A stretch of DNA of 62,202 bases, the filler included, from Ionaspis alba (taxonomy: Eukaryota), in assembly GCA_964255285.1 (NCBI GenBank). It is 2 parts of 2 records of this genome, joined end to end, with 100 filler letters (N's around TTAATTAATTAA, not from the genome) between each part and the next. Parts side by side here need not be neighbours in the genome. Positions count along the whole stretch, not along the records: positions 1 to 31,056 come from CAXUUL010000112.1; positions 31,157 to 62,202 come from CAXUUL010000113.1. One strand, written 5' to 3'. Positions 26,205-39,391 of the stretch are shown here, one piece after another. Every line of letters begins with the position of its first letter. The first letter of the stretch is position 1. The translations under genes were made by a program, and so were the position numbers. The notes beneath the pieces are model-generated. The model worked only from the letters and a program-made list of their open reading frames with translations. It ran no database searches and was not told the DNA's origin.

Positions 26205-27681
26205 TTACCCTGATAACGTAGTGAAGTCTTCGGTCTCTTTAAACCTGACCTTCCCATCCCTCCCCACCATGGCAATGCTAATATTGGCCGGCTTGTCCGC
26301 TTTTGTTGCGGGAGTTTCGAGTGAGATCTCTGGCTCTTCAGCAGAAGCGGAAGGTGATATCTTCAACCGCGGGGGTAATAGACCATCTTGTACGTTCGCG
26401 ATCTCATTAACCTCACGCGTGGTGAGTACATCGCTAAGGCGTGAAGCCCGGGTTTGCAGGAGTAAGGTCGTGGGACCTTGGAATTGCAGAAAGAGCTGGA
26501 AGACAAGGTTAGTCCAGCAAAGCGTCAAGATCGGCAAACATCTTGTACCCGGTCTCCCCAAATGGTTCTTCGCGACCATGTTCGGAGTTTGAGCAGGACT
26601 TTGCCCACGATTTTCCATGTGTCAGACTCCCGCATTACCCGGAAGATTTTTGTTCCGGGAAAGAGATGTCTAGGTCCAATGCCAGGGATTTGAAAACGTA
26701 ATACGGAAGACTTGAATCGGTAAGGCGAAGGAGGTTTTTTTGTGACGGTGTACGCGACCACGTTACTGACAGTATTCAGTGGTGATCTGAACGGAATGGT
26801 CCAGCGGCCTTACCTCGGGTGAACTACGTATTGCTCTCCCGCCTTGACCATGACCTGATAGATGTGCCCTCCGCCGACCAGGGCAAGCAATCCTCGCCCC
26901 GTAATTTGGGAGCTACCCCAATGCGTTGAGCTCTTCACTCGTCAGCTTGAGATCGTCAGATCTGGTGGATAGTAACGGACAATTTGTCTGTTGATCATAG
27001 GTTTGATGGAGAGTGTGTGACCCGTCCATGCAAGCAAGGCTTTTCTTTGTGCAACTATCCAATCCATGGTTCCATTCAGATGCACAACTGCGAACGAGGT
27101 GACGGGAGATTTTGTAGAGATAATAATTTCTATGGGGCTTGTAGAAGCTATCTGTAGGCACTTAGGATCCGTGGACCAACTGAGCTCAGGCATGCATACT
27201 TTTTGGAAAAAGAACGGTATTCCGAGCAATGCTCTGGGAATTGGCGCGAGCAGGGAAAGTGTTGATACTGTCTGGTACAAGTCAACCTCAGCTGTCCGCT
27301 CAAAGATGTTGTTGTAAACTGACATTCTCCGCTTTTCCACTGACTCCAACTAGAGTCCCGCGTCGGGTGTATAAAATCTGGGAAGCTGACAACGAGACAG
27401 AAAGAAGAGAATAGGGTGCACCGAGGACCTCGAACTTGGCATCTACGTGAAGTTAGTCGAAGACTTCTCGAGGGCGTGGTGTGTCTACCCGGTGCGTCGT
27501 TATTTGGGCTTACAAGAGGTTCTGCAGAAGGGCCGCGTAGGGGGGCCGAAGCTCCAGATGGTGTGGTCGATATGTGAATCCACCTTTTGCCTAGAACACC
27601 CTGTGGTATTGCAGATGGGCGATATCCATGCTTACGAATCTTAATCACACGTCCCCCAACTTCTCCGAATGAGCGGCGCAT
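26205..27681 (-). CDS. AIM24: Altered inheritance of mitochondria protein 24
   Basis: Arg-rich presequence. Spliced exons give [67 protein letters not shown] and [16 protein letters not shown]. Confidence 0.85.
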
Positions 27682-28015
27682 AGTCCTAGATGGTGGGCAA
27701 GCAATTTAACGCATGGTGACTGGTTGATTATACCTAGAAAAATCTCCGCGCAGCAGTAAGCTCTCCAGCCCGCGCTTCGCGCCTGATCGGCCTACACAAA
27801 AGTCAACACAACCTCAGGTCACGCTCCGTTTTCTACTGCCATACACTGTCACAAGCGATCTACTGTAACCTATGATTCTCTTGTTCTTTAGAAAGTCCCA
27901 GTGAGGAGTCCTCGATCCCGCCCGAGTTGGTTAGCAATGAATGATCCCAGTCATTCGATTACCGTGATAACCACCTCCACAATCTAAATGTCGTTCTTCG
28001 GGCACGTAACGCAAG

Positions 28016-30521
28016 ATGATACAACGATGTCTACCGCGCTCGAACCTTATATGCATAAGATCTTCGAAATGTCCGCTACTGCCGGCAACCTGGCTGGTCC
28101 AGCGGCATCCGCATTGGTTGTCTCGTGGAATGCGCCATAGCATCAGCATGAGGCGGCAACAACTACCAAGGCCGTTGAAGGATACTCCACATATCAGACT
28201 CTCCTCCAAGTTCGCGGCCTCAGATAGCATTAGACCGGAGACGCTACAAAAGCTGGTGCCCATCAGGCCTAAAGATCCGCCCAAAACCGAAGCTCTGCTT
28301 GCAGAGCAGACGATTTCGAATAAAGAGCAGAGGAAAGCTGACTGGGCCATATTGAAGGAAATGGCGAGGTATTTATGGCCGAAGGTGAGCCAAGTGCAAG
28401 TCAGCATACCGGAAATGTCTTGTTGATCTTTTCGAAAGGACGACCTGGGTACGAAGACCCGGGTCAGCACAGCTTTTGCCCTACTCATCGGCGCTAAGGT
28501 AGCCCTCTCTGGAGCGGTGGGGCAGATAGCTTTGAGGCTGACCGGCCCCGTTAGGTCCTCAACGTTCAGGTGCCGTTCTACTTCAAAAGCATCGTTGATT
28601 CTATGAATATAGATTTCGCAGTTCTAGGGGGAACCGCTTGGACGGTGGGAGGTGCTATGATAGTAGCATGTACGCAGATACCGAGGCTTCTGTAGACACT
28701 AGCTGACAATGTCGCAAAGACGGTACCACTAGAATAGCAGCAGCTCTGTTCCAGGAACTGCGAAATGCAGTGTTTGCCAGTGTTGCTCAAAAGGCGATTC
28801 GGCGGGTTGCTTGCAACGTGTTTGAGCATCTACTACGACTAGACCTGAGTTTTCACCTTTCAAGACAGACTGGAGGTTTGACAAGAGCCATCGATCGCGG
28901 TACCAAAGGTATCAGCTTTGTACTGACGTCCATGGTTTTCCACATTCTTCCCACAGCCCTAGAGATCTCTATGGTCTGTGGTATACTTGTACGTAATCCT
29001 CAGCCGCCGGCGAGGCTGAGACCGTCTCACCAAATCTAGGCATACCAATATGGCCCAAAATTCGCGGCCATCACAGCGGCAACCATGGTGGCATACACTG
29101 CCTTCACCATTCTGACGACTTCCTGGCGAACCAAATTCCGTAAGCAAGCTAATGCTGCCGACAATGAAGGTGCCACTGTGGCAGTGGACTCTCTCATTAA
29201 TTACGAGGCTGTCAAATACTTCAACAATGAAAAGTATGAAGTTGGGAGATACGATGTAGCTCTCAAATCATACGAAAAGGCCTCGATTAAAGTCACTACA
29301 TCCTTGTCCTTCCTCAATTCTGGGCAGAACATCATATTTTCCAGTGCACTCGCAGCTATGATGTATTTTGCGGCCGACGGAGTGGCAAACGGGTCGCTCA
29401 CTGTTGGCGATTTGGTCATGGTGAATCAGCTTGTTTTCCAGCTATCGGTACCGCTCAATTTCCTTGGTTCGGTCTATCGAGAGTTGAGGCAATCCTTGCT
29501 TGACATGGAAGCTCTTTTTAACCTACAGAAAGTCAACGTGGCCATCAAAGAGCCTGCAGATGCCAAGCCCTTGGTACTCACGAAGGGCGGAGAAATCAGA
29601 TTCGAGAACGTGACCTTCGGCTACCATCCAGAGCGACCGATTCTCAAGAACCTCAACTTGGTTATACCAGCCGGGAAGAAGGTTGCAATCGTTGGGCCGA
29701 GCGGTTGTGGAAAATCGACCATCCTTCGACTGCTGTTCCGTTTCTACGATATACAAAACGGTCGGATCCTAATTGACGATCAAGACATACGAAATGTGAG
29801 CTTGGAAAGCCTCAGGAGATCGATAGGGGTGGTGCCGCAAGACACTCCACTGTTCAACAACACGATCGAACATAACATCCATTACGGCAACATGGAAGCG
29901 ACTTCGGAAGATGTGAGACGGGCAGCCGAAAGGGCACGAATTCACGAGACAGTCGAGAGCCTCCCTGCAGGATACAACACTATGGTTGGTGAAAGAGGAA
30001 TGATGATTTCAGGTGGTGAGAAGCAGCGGCTAGCGGTCTCAAGGCTGATCTTGAAAGACCCGCCACTTCTCTTCTTTGATGAGGCTGTAGGACCAACTCT
30101 TTAGGCCTAGGTGCACTGCTGACAAATCAACAGACATCCGCTTTAGACACGTACACCGAGCAGACCTTGCTGCAGAATATCAACAGCATTCTCAAAGAAA
30201 AAGCGAGAACCAGTGTCTTCATTGCCCACAGATTGCGTACGATCTTTGATAGTGACATGATAATTGTCTTACGTAACGGCCGTGTTGCGGAGAGCGGTAC
30301 CCATAGCCAATTGATAGACAAAGGCGACCTGTACTCTGAACTCTGGAATGGTAGGCTGGACTCGTATTCATGCTTGGTATATCGCGGTTGCTAAATTATC
30401 AACAGTTCAGGAGAACGTTCTGCAGGATGAGAATGCGGGTGATGACAGGGATGGAGACTTGTATATTGAGAAGGAGTCACGTGTGAATGCAGTTGACCAG
30501 CCGATAGATAACCGGAGATGA
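28016..30521 (+). CDS. ATM1: Mitochondrial ABC half-transporter ATM1 (Fe-S precursor export)
   Basis: [29 protein letters not shown], Walker A GPSGCGKS, signature ISGGEKQR and LLFFDEA|TSALD; about 7 exons. Confidence 0.96.
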
Positions 30522-30664
30522 TCGAGCATGATAAGATCGATTCTCGAGTTAGTTTCAATCATGTAGAAGAGAGATCTTCGTGTTACAAGGACGAAGTCCA
30601 TCGGGGAATTGTATCGGAATCCGATCCCGCGTCGGACGCGCGAACCAATCCGCGTAGGAAAAGT

Positions 30665-31056
30665 CAAAAATCAAAATCAAAACTAAGATAAAAAAGGTAA
30701 CTTATTGAAGTTTACATACAAGCTTGAGGATTGACCCCTCCAACAAAACTATTTCCTTCTTTTTTTTCTGATTAATAAATTGGCTATATTGAAATAATAG
30801 CGGGTAAGAGGTACCGCGATTAGGCGGAAGGAAATCTGCTAAACTGAAATAAACTAATAAAATATTTGAATAAATTAATAATTGATTTAATTTTAATTTA
30901 AATAAATTTAAGGTTTTTATTTATAATTAAATTAAATAATAAAATAACTGATAAATCAAAAAAATTTAATTAATTTTATATAATTCTATCTGATTTCACC
31001 CCTAAATTATAATTTATAATAGGTGGATTTATAATCTTAATTATAAATCAAAATTC
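30665..31056. repeat. Abruptly AT-rich segment at a contig end; probable RIP-degenerated repeat or transposon relic
   Basis: Sharp drop in GC with many TpA dinucleotides (ttaattttaatttaaataaattta...), ending at the N gap. No intact ORF. Confidence 0.5.
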
Positions 31057-31156
31057 NNNNNNNNNNNNNNNNNNNNNNNNNNNNNNNNNNNNNNNNNNNN
31101 TTAATTAATTAANNNNNNNNNNNNNNNNNNNNNNNNNNNNNNNNNNNNNNNNNNNN
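31057..31156. other. Artificial 100-nt contig linker N44-TTAATTAATTAA-N44
   Basis: Symmetric 44 N on each side of a 12-mer palindrome carrying stop codons in all six frames. Confidence 0.93.
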
Positions 31157-31722
31157 GTTACCGTATGTCGGCGGCTAGGGAGAAGCGAAACAGTAAAGCG
31201 ATAGTTGGGCCGGTGTTTTGCCGGTGGAAACGTCTAAGCCGCTCAACTCCAGCAGTGAAAGTGTTTATTTGCTCTCCACTGCGGCGTACTATCATGCCAA
31301 GACTTTATGATAAATCAAAGACGCTTATTTCTTGTCAAGTTTTTATATCTTTACGGCGCTGTTCGTCGCCGATTAGAGGGAAGTGATCTTGCCAACATTG
31401 ACAAGCTCGGTCATCACGCATGTCAATGGCTTCAAGAGCAGATATACATGAACAGCTCTACTTCGCATAATTGTGAAAGATCAATCAACGATGAACACAA
31501 AGAATCTCTCCTCAAGAATCTTCATTGACGGCTAAAACGCTTAACGTCCTGATCCTAAACTAAGTCGCACAAACCACTGCTGGGAATCTCAATTCAGCTT
31601 GGTCAAAACCCCAAACCACCCAATGAATACGTAGGCATTCAGTCAAACGAAGCGTCAAAAGTTAGCTGCAACAATTTGCAGGAAGAAGGCCACGATCTAA
31701 CCACCAGTTCAGAGGAAACACC

Positions 31723-34487
31723 CTAGGCAGGTCTTTGCTGACTCTTAGCCTGCAACAGCCCCGTTAACATGCTAAAATCCCCGCGACTTCCTGGTACCGA
31801 CTCAAGCACTTCCTTGATAATGCCGAACTCCACTAGACTGGTTCCTGGAGCTTGTGCAAGTAGCTCCGTGATAGATGCTGAGTTGGCAAGGTCACCCAGC
31901 ACTTGTCTGGCCGCATCTATGCCCGTAGGCGGACTGCCATTATTGTAAGGCTGGTGATAATTCTGCTGCTGTTGCTGCGGCGGCGGCACAAAGCCCGGCT
32001 GTTGCTGCGCAGGGCTACCGTATGGGCCACCGGCATAGGGAGCAAGTGGTGACATCTGCGCACCCGACTGACTCATCGAAGGTCGCTGTTGATGAGAGGC
32101 TTGTGTAGATATAGGGCTTGCGATAGCGCCGCTTTCTGGGTGACGAGGTGTGGCTTGTGCTGAGGGAGTCGTGTTCTCAGTCGTGGTTTTGATGACATAG
32201 GTGATGAGCAGCATGCGCTCGTCGCGCGATTCTTCAAGTGTGGAATTTTCGAGGAGTTCGACGAACTCGGGTTTCTTGGCCGAGCCCGCTTCGAGAGGGA
32301 CAAGATAGATATCGCGGACAGCATTGACTGGGCTCTTGCCAATCACCCCATAGCGCTTTCGGTCAGTGAAATATGTAAACAATTTGTCAAACTGCTCATG
32401 ATCGTTTTGATATTCATGGGGAGTGATAGCGACGACCGAGACGTCAGTGGTTTTGCTCCATCGAAGACCACAGAGATACTGGCTGGCTCTCTCAACATCA
32501 ATACGGCCTTCGATGAGCAGAGATGATGGCATGAGGACGCTCCAAGGGTAGAGCGCACTGAGATTAGCGCCTGCGACATGACGGGCAGCACCGGCAAATT
32601 CGGCGATTGAGGCCATAGAGACAATGCCGTGCCAAACCACTCCCGAGGAAACATCATTGTCTGTTGGGGAATAGGGCTCGTACTCCTCAGCGTCTTCATC
32701 TTTGAGTAATGAGTCAATATCAGGGTCGGATTGTACACCAAGCCCAGATGCCTGGTGTGGAGTGGGTCCAGACGGACGATGACGAGCATTTTGCTTCTCT
32801 CGGTCCGGAGTGTCGACGCTCGACCAGACGTTCTGTATGTTGAAAGATGATGAGGACTTTCTGTCCAGACCGTTTGATGGTCGAGGTATTTGGGTATCGA
32901 CGGAAAGTGGTCTCGCCTTTGTTGGCGACATCGCAGATCCAGAGTATGAGATCTCGTGTGGAATCTCGACCCTAGTTGGGCTGCGAGGACTCATTGGATC
33001 TGGACTGGCTTGTTTTGGTGCCGATGAATCCATGATGCTTTCCCTTCGCCTTGGAGGTAGGTTACTGTAAAAGGACTCCGTGGCTGCAGCATTATGCGAA
33101 TCATCTCCAACAAGTTCCTCTCCCTTATGTGTCCGCCTGATTCTTGGCCCCTCTTCTCGAATAAGCATGTGTTGCTTCTCTGTTTCCTTGATCATCTCTT
33201 TCGTCTTCTCTTGTAGCTCCTTGCTGGCCATATCCAAAGAGGACATCTTAGACAGCTCATTGGGAGAAAGGGAACCCGACAGAAGACGATCTCGAAGTGC
33301 CGAGTTTGCCTTTACGTTGAAAAGGACTGTACGGCATTGATCAGCGTACTGAGCATTGGGCTCGCCTGTATGACCGCAGAAGTTCAGATATACTGCATAC
33401 TCTACTGCAAGGCCGAGTCTAAGACCAAACGTGTCAAGCGTCTGACCAGGCAGCACTTTGAATGTGCCTTGCTTTTGGGCTTGTTTGGCTTGGTCTACAA
33501 ACAACTTGACTAATGCACTAGCAGTCTTCTTCCGAACGTCGCTTTGCAGGTCCGAAACATTTTCCACAAGCTCAGTCTGCAGGAAGACCTCCTTCGAATC
33601 TCGCCGTGCCGGGCCGCCCATTGCGCTAGATTTGCGTCGTTGCTGAGGTGGTGGAGGTTTGGGATCTCTTGGGGTGGAGATCTTGCGGACTTTACTCGAG
33701 GGTTGCTTTACGAATGTCAGTTTCCTTGCAGATGTCGACGTGGCTGAGCTTACCGGCTCCTCAACAGCTTTAGTTTCTAAGGTCAGATCCGTAGGTAGCT
33801 TTCTCTTCTGACCACTTTCTGTTTTGGTCTCTGCAGCGGCAGGGGTTGCCGGTGCTGGCGGCGCTGCAGGTTCCTCGTTGTTCTCAGGGTCTTGACTCTT
33901 CTCTGTCTTGACATCGCTTGGCCGTCCTTTCTTGCCCTTCTTCCCTCCCTTCTTTCTGCGATTCCTTTTCTCCTCCTCTTCGCGCTCTCTTTGTGCTATG
34001 CGTTCTTCCCAAGGTTTTTCGCCTCTCTTGATGGCAGCAAGGAGTTCCTTGTGATCTGCCGGCTTGCATTGTTCGCAGAAGTATTTATCCGGCAAGTCGT
34101 CGGGGTCGAGTGAGATACCCATACACTCATTGTGCTGCCACGCGTCACATTTGTCGCATTGAACCATAGGTCTCCCATCATCTTCGTCTTCTTCCACTTG
34201 TCCACATATGCATCGAATTATTGCATTCTCATCATCACCCGAGGCTGGCGTGGCTTCTTTGGAGGCTTGCTTCGCAGCTTTGCCTCGAGCGCCTTTCCCA
34301 CCTCTTTTCGGAGTATCTTTGTCGGGTTCATCGGCGTTTTTAGTATGTTGGCCTTTTGTAGCCCTGTGTGATCGTCGTATCTCGTCTGATAATCGTAGTC
34401 ATTAGCCATTGTTCAGCAACAAAGTGGGGTGCTCAACACCGCTAAGACGGCGTGGTCGTAAGATGACGCTGTTCACTCACCCGCCAT
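31723..34487 (-). CDS. BYE1: Transcription factor BYE1 (PHD finger, TFIIS-M, SPOC)
   Basis: MA|DEIRRSHRATKGQH start, PHD ...IRCICG...MVQCDKCDAWQHNECM...YFCEQC, TFIIS-M with PRIRRTHKGEE, and SPOC (GRIDVERASQYL, VRDIYLVP). Confidence 0.92.
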
Positions 34488-35132
34488 TGTTGATACACGT
34501 CATGCAGTAAGGTCTACGACCAATTGGTGGTGTTTATTTGCTTCAATTGGGCGGTGAAACTTGGTTCGACCTCACACTCATGAATGAGCTCTACGGAAGG
34601 TCATGAAGTACAGATACAACAAATTCCAACCAATACACCGATCAGGTAAGATTGTACTGTTTGGAGCAGCGCAACCCGAAAGTCCTGCCCCAAGAGATTC
34701 GCCACGCTGTGAGCCAAAGGAGCACTCGACCACAATCACTGAGAGAGGTGAGCGGGGTAATGCGCGTCGATAGGTTTTTTTCCTTCGCTTGCCAAGCGCA
34801 AGAAGCAAGCTGCAAGATCTGATCAAAGACCGGTGACAGTTGTAGCTTGTCAAGAGTGTTGTTGATGAGGTGACCGATAAACAGAATGTGAAGTTCAAAT
34901 GCGGAGAACCGTTTAAGATTATAAATTATTAAGCTAAGACGTCACCTGACATCGAACTACAGCCCTACTACCACTTTCGCGCTGTGACATGAGGGAAACT
35001 CATTGTGTTCAATGCCAAAGGAGGCAGTATAAGTAAATACAACTTGCTTTCGGTCTGATTACGCCTCCTCTGAAATCCTGCTATCCATGTCTGCGTAGTG
35101 GCCTCACCACTTCTCAAAAAAAAGGGGTTGGA

Positions 35133-36107
35133 ATGGCTGACGTACGCTCACTTCTTCGCAACGAGCGTGCCTCGCGCCGAATCACTCATCCCCAAGCTTC
35201 TTATTCTTCAACCGGAAGTCTACTATGTCTTGTCTGTCGCACACAGATCAAGTCAGAGTCATTATGGACGTCCCATCTACATTCAACCCAGCACACTGCT
35301 CAACTACGGAAAGCTCAAACCACACATTTGCAACCCACCCCGAGAACAGTCGCGCCAAGCACGGGCAATCGATCGAACGGGAACAAAAAGCGCAAAGCCA
35401 ATGACGACGATGATGAAGAGGATGCGAGGAAGCGTACAAAAGCTGTCAGCAGCCTACCAGACGGTTTCTTCGACGCCGGAGGCCCAACCGAGGAGGTCGA
35501 AGAGGCTGAAGTTGTCAAAACAGAAGATCTAAAAGACACTGATCCACCGCTTGGCTCAGGTCCCGCTAAACAGCCGTCACTTCCATCTCATCGCCTAACT
35601 ACCACAAAACCTCCACAGGCTGAACCTCAAACAATAGACGAATCCGAATGGGCAGCCTTCGAGCGCGACGTCGCAACACCGCCTCCTTCACCGCCCAGGA
35701 TAACAGTGCTCACGGCTGCCGCTACCATCAGTGCTGCTCCACTTAGTGCAGCCGAAATTGCAGCGAAAGAGCGGGAAACGGCGAGTACGCAGGCAAAGGA
35801 ACGGAGAGAGGCAGAGCTGGAGGGCGAGAAGGAGGATGCGGCGAGGAGACTGGATGAGGAATTCGATGAGATGGAGGTGTTGGAGAGTAGGGTCAGAAGG
35901 TTGAGGGAAATGTGGGAGGCGCTGAGAAAGAGAAATCATCAAGAAGGCGATGGGGAAGAGGGTTATCAGGAGGAGAAGCAGGAACAGGAGAAGGGTTTAA
36001 GAGACGAGGTTGGTGGTAATAAGGTTCTGGCTGATGGTGAGGGTGAGGATAGCGGGAATGATGAAGATGAGGACGATGAAGACTGGAACGGGTGGGGACT
36101 ACGGTGA
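35133..36107 (+). CDS. ZNF830/CCDC16-like zinc-finger, coiled-coil protein
   Basis: CLVC...WTSHLHSTQH C2H2/U1-type finger, LPDGFFD, DESEWAAFERD and an acidic tail. Confidence 0.8.
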   Translation: MADVRSLLRNERASRRITHPQASYSSTGSLLCLVCRTQIKSESLWTSHLHSTQHTAQLRKAQTTHLQPTPRTVAPSTGNRSNGNKKRKANDDDDEEDARKRTKAVSSLPDGFFDAGGPTEEVEEAEVVKTEDLKDTDPPLGSGPAKQPSLPSHRLTTTKPPQAEPQTIDESEWAAFERDVATPPPSPPRITVLTAAATISAAPLSAAEIAAKERETASTQAKERREAELEGEKEDAARRLDEEFDEMEVLESRVRRLREMWEALRKRNHQEGDGEEGYQEEKQEQEKGLRDEVGGNKVLADGEGEDSGNDEDEDDEDWNGWGLR

Positions 36108-36298
36108 AGATGTGTGCTTGAGGAATTGCGTTTTGACGGTCCATGGCATGTTTGGAGATATACCCAATAGCGTTTTGACGACATTGCCAGGTAGTGGCAG
36201 ATTTGATTAGAAGTCGCTCGTAGGCCTACGTAGTAGCAATGTCACAAGACATTGACTCAATAAGCCCGTTGTGTGACAGGAAGCTTCGATCTAGCTTG

Positions 36299-38196
36299 TC
36301 ACTGTTCAGAGCTCGCATTCACCTCTGCCCCTATCTCTGAAGTAGTCGATGGATGCTTTGATACCATGTGCCTCAGGAGCCCTTCTCTCCCAACGTGCAT
36401 CGCTCTCTCAATCTCCTCCTCGCCTTCCCTCAGCATGCCTTTGCTATGCTGAAGGGCAAGTCGCTGCCTCTTCTTCTCCTCCTGCACCTTTCTATCCCGC
36501 TCTGCCAAAGCTTTCTCCCTTCGTTCACGTTCCTTCTTCTCCTTTGCAAGATCGGCTTCCTCTTCCGGAGAGATGTCAGAGCTGGCAGGCGCAGGTGGAG
36601 CGATAGATATGAAGGCTTCGATGAGGGGGTCGCGTATCTGTGGTCTAAGGGAAATGTATCGAATGTCTGTAAGTAATGCTGGTGGAAGGGCTTGCAGGCT
36701 CGTGGAACGGTTGAGTGCATGTAATGGTAGTGCTTTTAATGCTGCTGACAGACCTGACTTCAAGGTGCTTTCAGGGAGCTTAAGGCCTAGTGACAGTATT
36801 AGAATGATGGCCATTCACGGCATGTTGTCGAACATACGATTGATGAATTCGCGATACCACTTCTCGCGATCTTTGTCCGAGACCTTGGTATCGCGCATCT
36901 CCGGCTCTTTTTTATACTTGCGTCGAAATTCTGGCCAATATAGCTTGGGTGTCGCATTATTCTGTAGAAAAGCGAAATAAGGGATCCTAGGATCTTTCTT
37001 CTCCTGCCTTTCCCTTTGCTCCTTGAGCTGCTGTATTCGATCTCGCGTCCACTCGCCCCAGATTTCTTTTCTTGATTTCATATTGGGAAGGCATGTATAT
37101 CTGTCATCCTCGATAATTTTGCCTTCTTCGACGATATTCTCCCACGGCGTGTAAGGATTGATATGGTGGTCTTTCAGCATATCCATGAAAAGCGCTTTCG
37201 AATCCTCTTCGGTCAATGGCAATCCGTCGGCACCTTCTTCCCAACTACCGTCTACATCTTCTCCGTATTCGCCTGGGTCTAGCCCGTAGTCTTGTCCCAT
37301 TGCTGCTAGCTGGTATGCTATGTCGTCTTCGTCAAACTCAACCGGACCATCCTCGACCTTTTCCTCCGTCCTTTGACGTTTGGAAGGATAGTCATCACCC
37401 CCGTCATCAGTGACTTCTACCTCCTCGTACTCATCGCTATCGTCCTCATGTCTTGTTCCATTGAAAGGCTGAACCTCCTCCGGTGCGGATTCAGTAGTCT
37501 GAATGACATTTCCTGACACGGCTGCTTCATCTCCATCTTTTCTCTCAGGCTCGCTCGTTTCTCCCCGTTCCTTTCTCTCTCGCTTCTCTCGCTCGAGACG
37601 GTCGCACTCAACAACACATCTCATGACATCAGGAGGGAACTTCCAATAGCTTTGACCTTCTTCAGGGTTGTAGACAAATCGCCGACCTAGCTTTGTCTTC
37701 ACAAGGAGCCATGGGGAACAGCCAGGAATGAGTTGTTTGGACTTTGGTCTATCTTCCGGGGTAGGCCGCCTTTGATTTTGGGACCTATGCTCGCCTCCGA
37801 CGCCACCTCTGCCAGCAGCAAAGGCTCTGCCCGCATCAAAAGCACCCCGAGAGCTAGGAGGTTGAATATGTGTGCCTGTCCAAACACTGCAAGCGCGGAA
37901 ATCGAGCTCCCGGGAATATACATTATTGCCCTCAACTACAGGTGCCTGAATAGCCGGTTGCTCCTGTAATAGCGCTGGCACCGTTGGCCGGTGGTATGTA
38001 GATTCTTTCGTACTAGAGTTGTAGTAATAAGGGTGGCCTATGCCCACAAAGTCTCAGCGTTGATCTGAGAACTTTTATGAGACCCGATCTTGAACTGATA
38101 GGGTTAGGAGGACATACCTGTAGGGGCTTTATGCTCCGTCCATCCGGGAGGCAAAGGAGGACCTGCTGCCAGCGGCTTGTGAGTTGACTTCAACAT
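36299..38196 (-). CDS. WW and FF domain splicing-associated protein (Dre4/Urn1/TCERG1-like)
   Basis: LPPGWTEHKAPT|GHPYYYN...STYHRP WW domain, second WW-like motif RRFVYNPEEGQSYWKFP, and FF repeats (FMDMLKDHHINPYTPWE; LYWPEFRRKYKK). Confidence 0.85.
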
Positions 38197-38474
38197 GGTT
38201 AGGCTCCCCGCTCGTTCGACTAAATAACGGCGGTAGAGACGACTCTTCGAGTGATTGGTGCACTCAAGGCTCTTGGGGCAGACTGATTCAGCTTAGCGTG
38301 ACGCGTCGCCAAGCTATGGCCTAGAGCTTCATGTACAGCTTCAGAGCTCGAGAGATTTAGTCAAAGTGCTTTGTATACCAGAAAGACCATTTGTCATCAA
38401 ATTCCTCTTCACGATCCTGCTTTCTGTGGCGGGCTCAAACAGGTCGAATACCTTTTCTCCTGCTTCTACACAAC

Positions 38475-39391
38475 ATGTCGAGAAGATATGATTCTAGGGT
38501 GACCATCATTATCCTCGATATGTGTTTGGACTCCAAGCTAAAAGCTAGTTCTAGACTACAATATTCTCGCCAGAGGGTCGCCTGTATCAGGTAGAATATG
38601 CTCTGGAGGCTATTTCTCTCGCAGGCACAGCGATTGGCATATTAGCGAACGATGGAATCGTGCTGGCTGCAGAGCGGAAAGTCACCAGTAAGCTCCTGGA
38701 GCAGGATACCTCAGCGGAAAAGCTTTATATTCTCAATGAGTATAAGATCTCTCGTCCGGTGTGTATTTTCTCTCCTGACTGGTCAATAGCAACATGATCT
38801 GTGCCGTAGCCGGCATGACCGCTGATGCGAATATCCTCATCAACTACGCTCGTCAAGCAGCACAAAGATATCTTCTCACCTACAACGAAGAGATCCCATG
38901 TGAACAACTTGTACGTCGATTGTGCGATCTCAAGCAGGGTTATACGCAACACGGTGGTCTAAGACCGTTTGGTGTCTCGTTCATCTATGCTGGCTACGAT
39001 CCTCAAAGGCATTTCCAACTCTATCAAAGTAACCCTAGTGGCAACTACGGCGGATGGAAGGCAACGAGCGTCGGAGCCAACAACGCTAGTGCACAAAGTC
39101 TACTGAAGCAGGATTACAAGGAGGATTGTGACCTGAAGGAGGCGTGCGGGTTGGCGATGAAGGTACTGAGCAAAACCATGGACTCTACCAAGCTGAGCAG
39201 CGAGAAAAGTGAGTGGAGTTGCGCTGTACTAGAATACTGCAGATTGCTGACATGAAGTCATAGTTGAGTTTGCTACGGTTGGGAAGACAGCCGACGGGAA
39301 GGTGTACCACCATCTTTGGGGTGCCGACGAGATCAACAACTTGCTGAAAGAGCACGGGCTGGCGAAGCAAGAGGAGACAGATACGGGATAG
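38475..39391 (+). CDS. PRE9: 20S proteasome subunit alpha 3
   Basis: [39 protein letters not shown] and [15 protein letters not shown]; three introns. Confidence 0.97.

Noticed and set aside
31101..31112. Palindrome TTAATTAATTAA as a regulatory or recombination site
   Set aside because: It is centred in symmetric N runs and is an artificial linker.
31157..31400. Hairpin-rich stretch after the linker (ncRNA or TE end?)
   Set aside because: No match to snRNA, 5S or tRNA motifs I recognise, and no clear TIR or LTR boundary.
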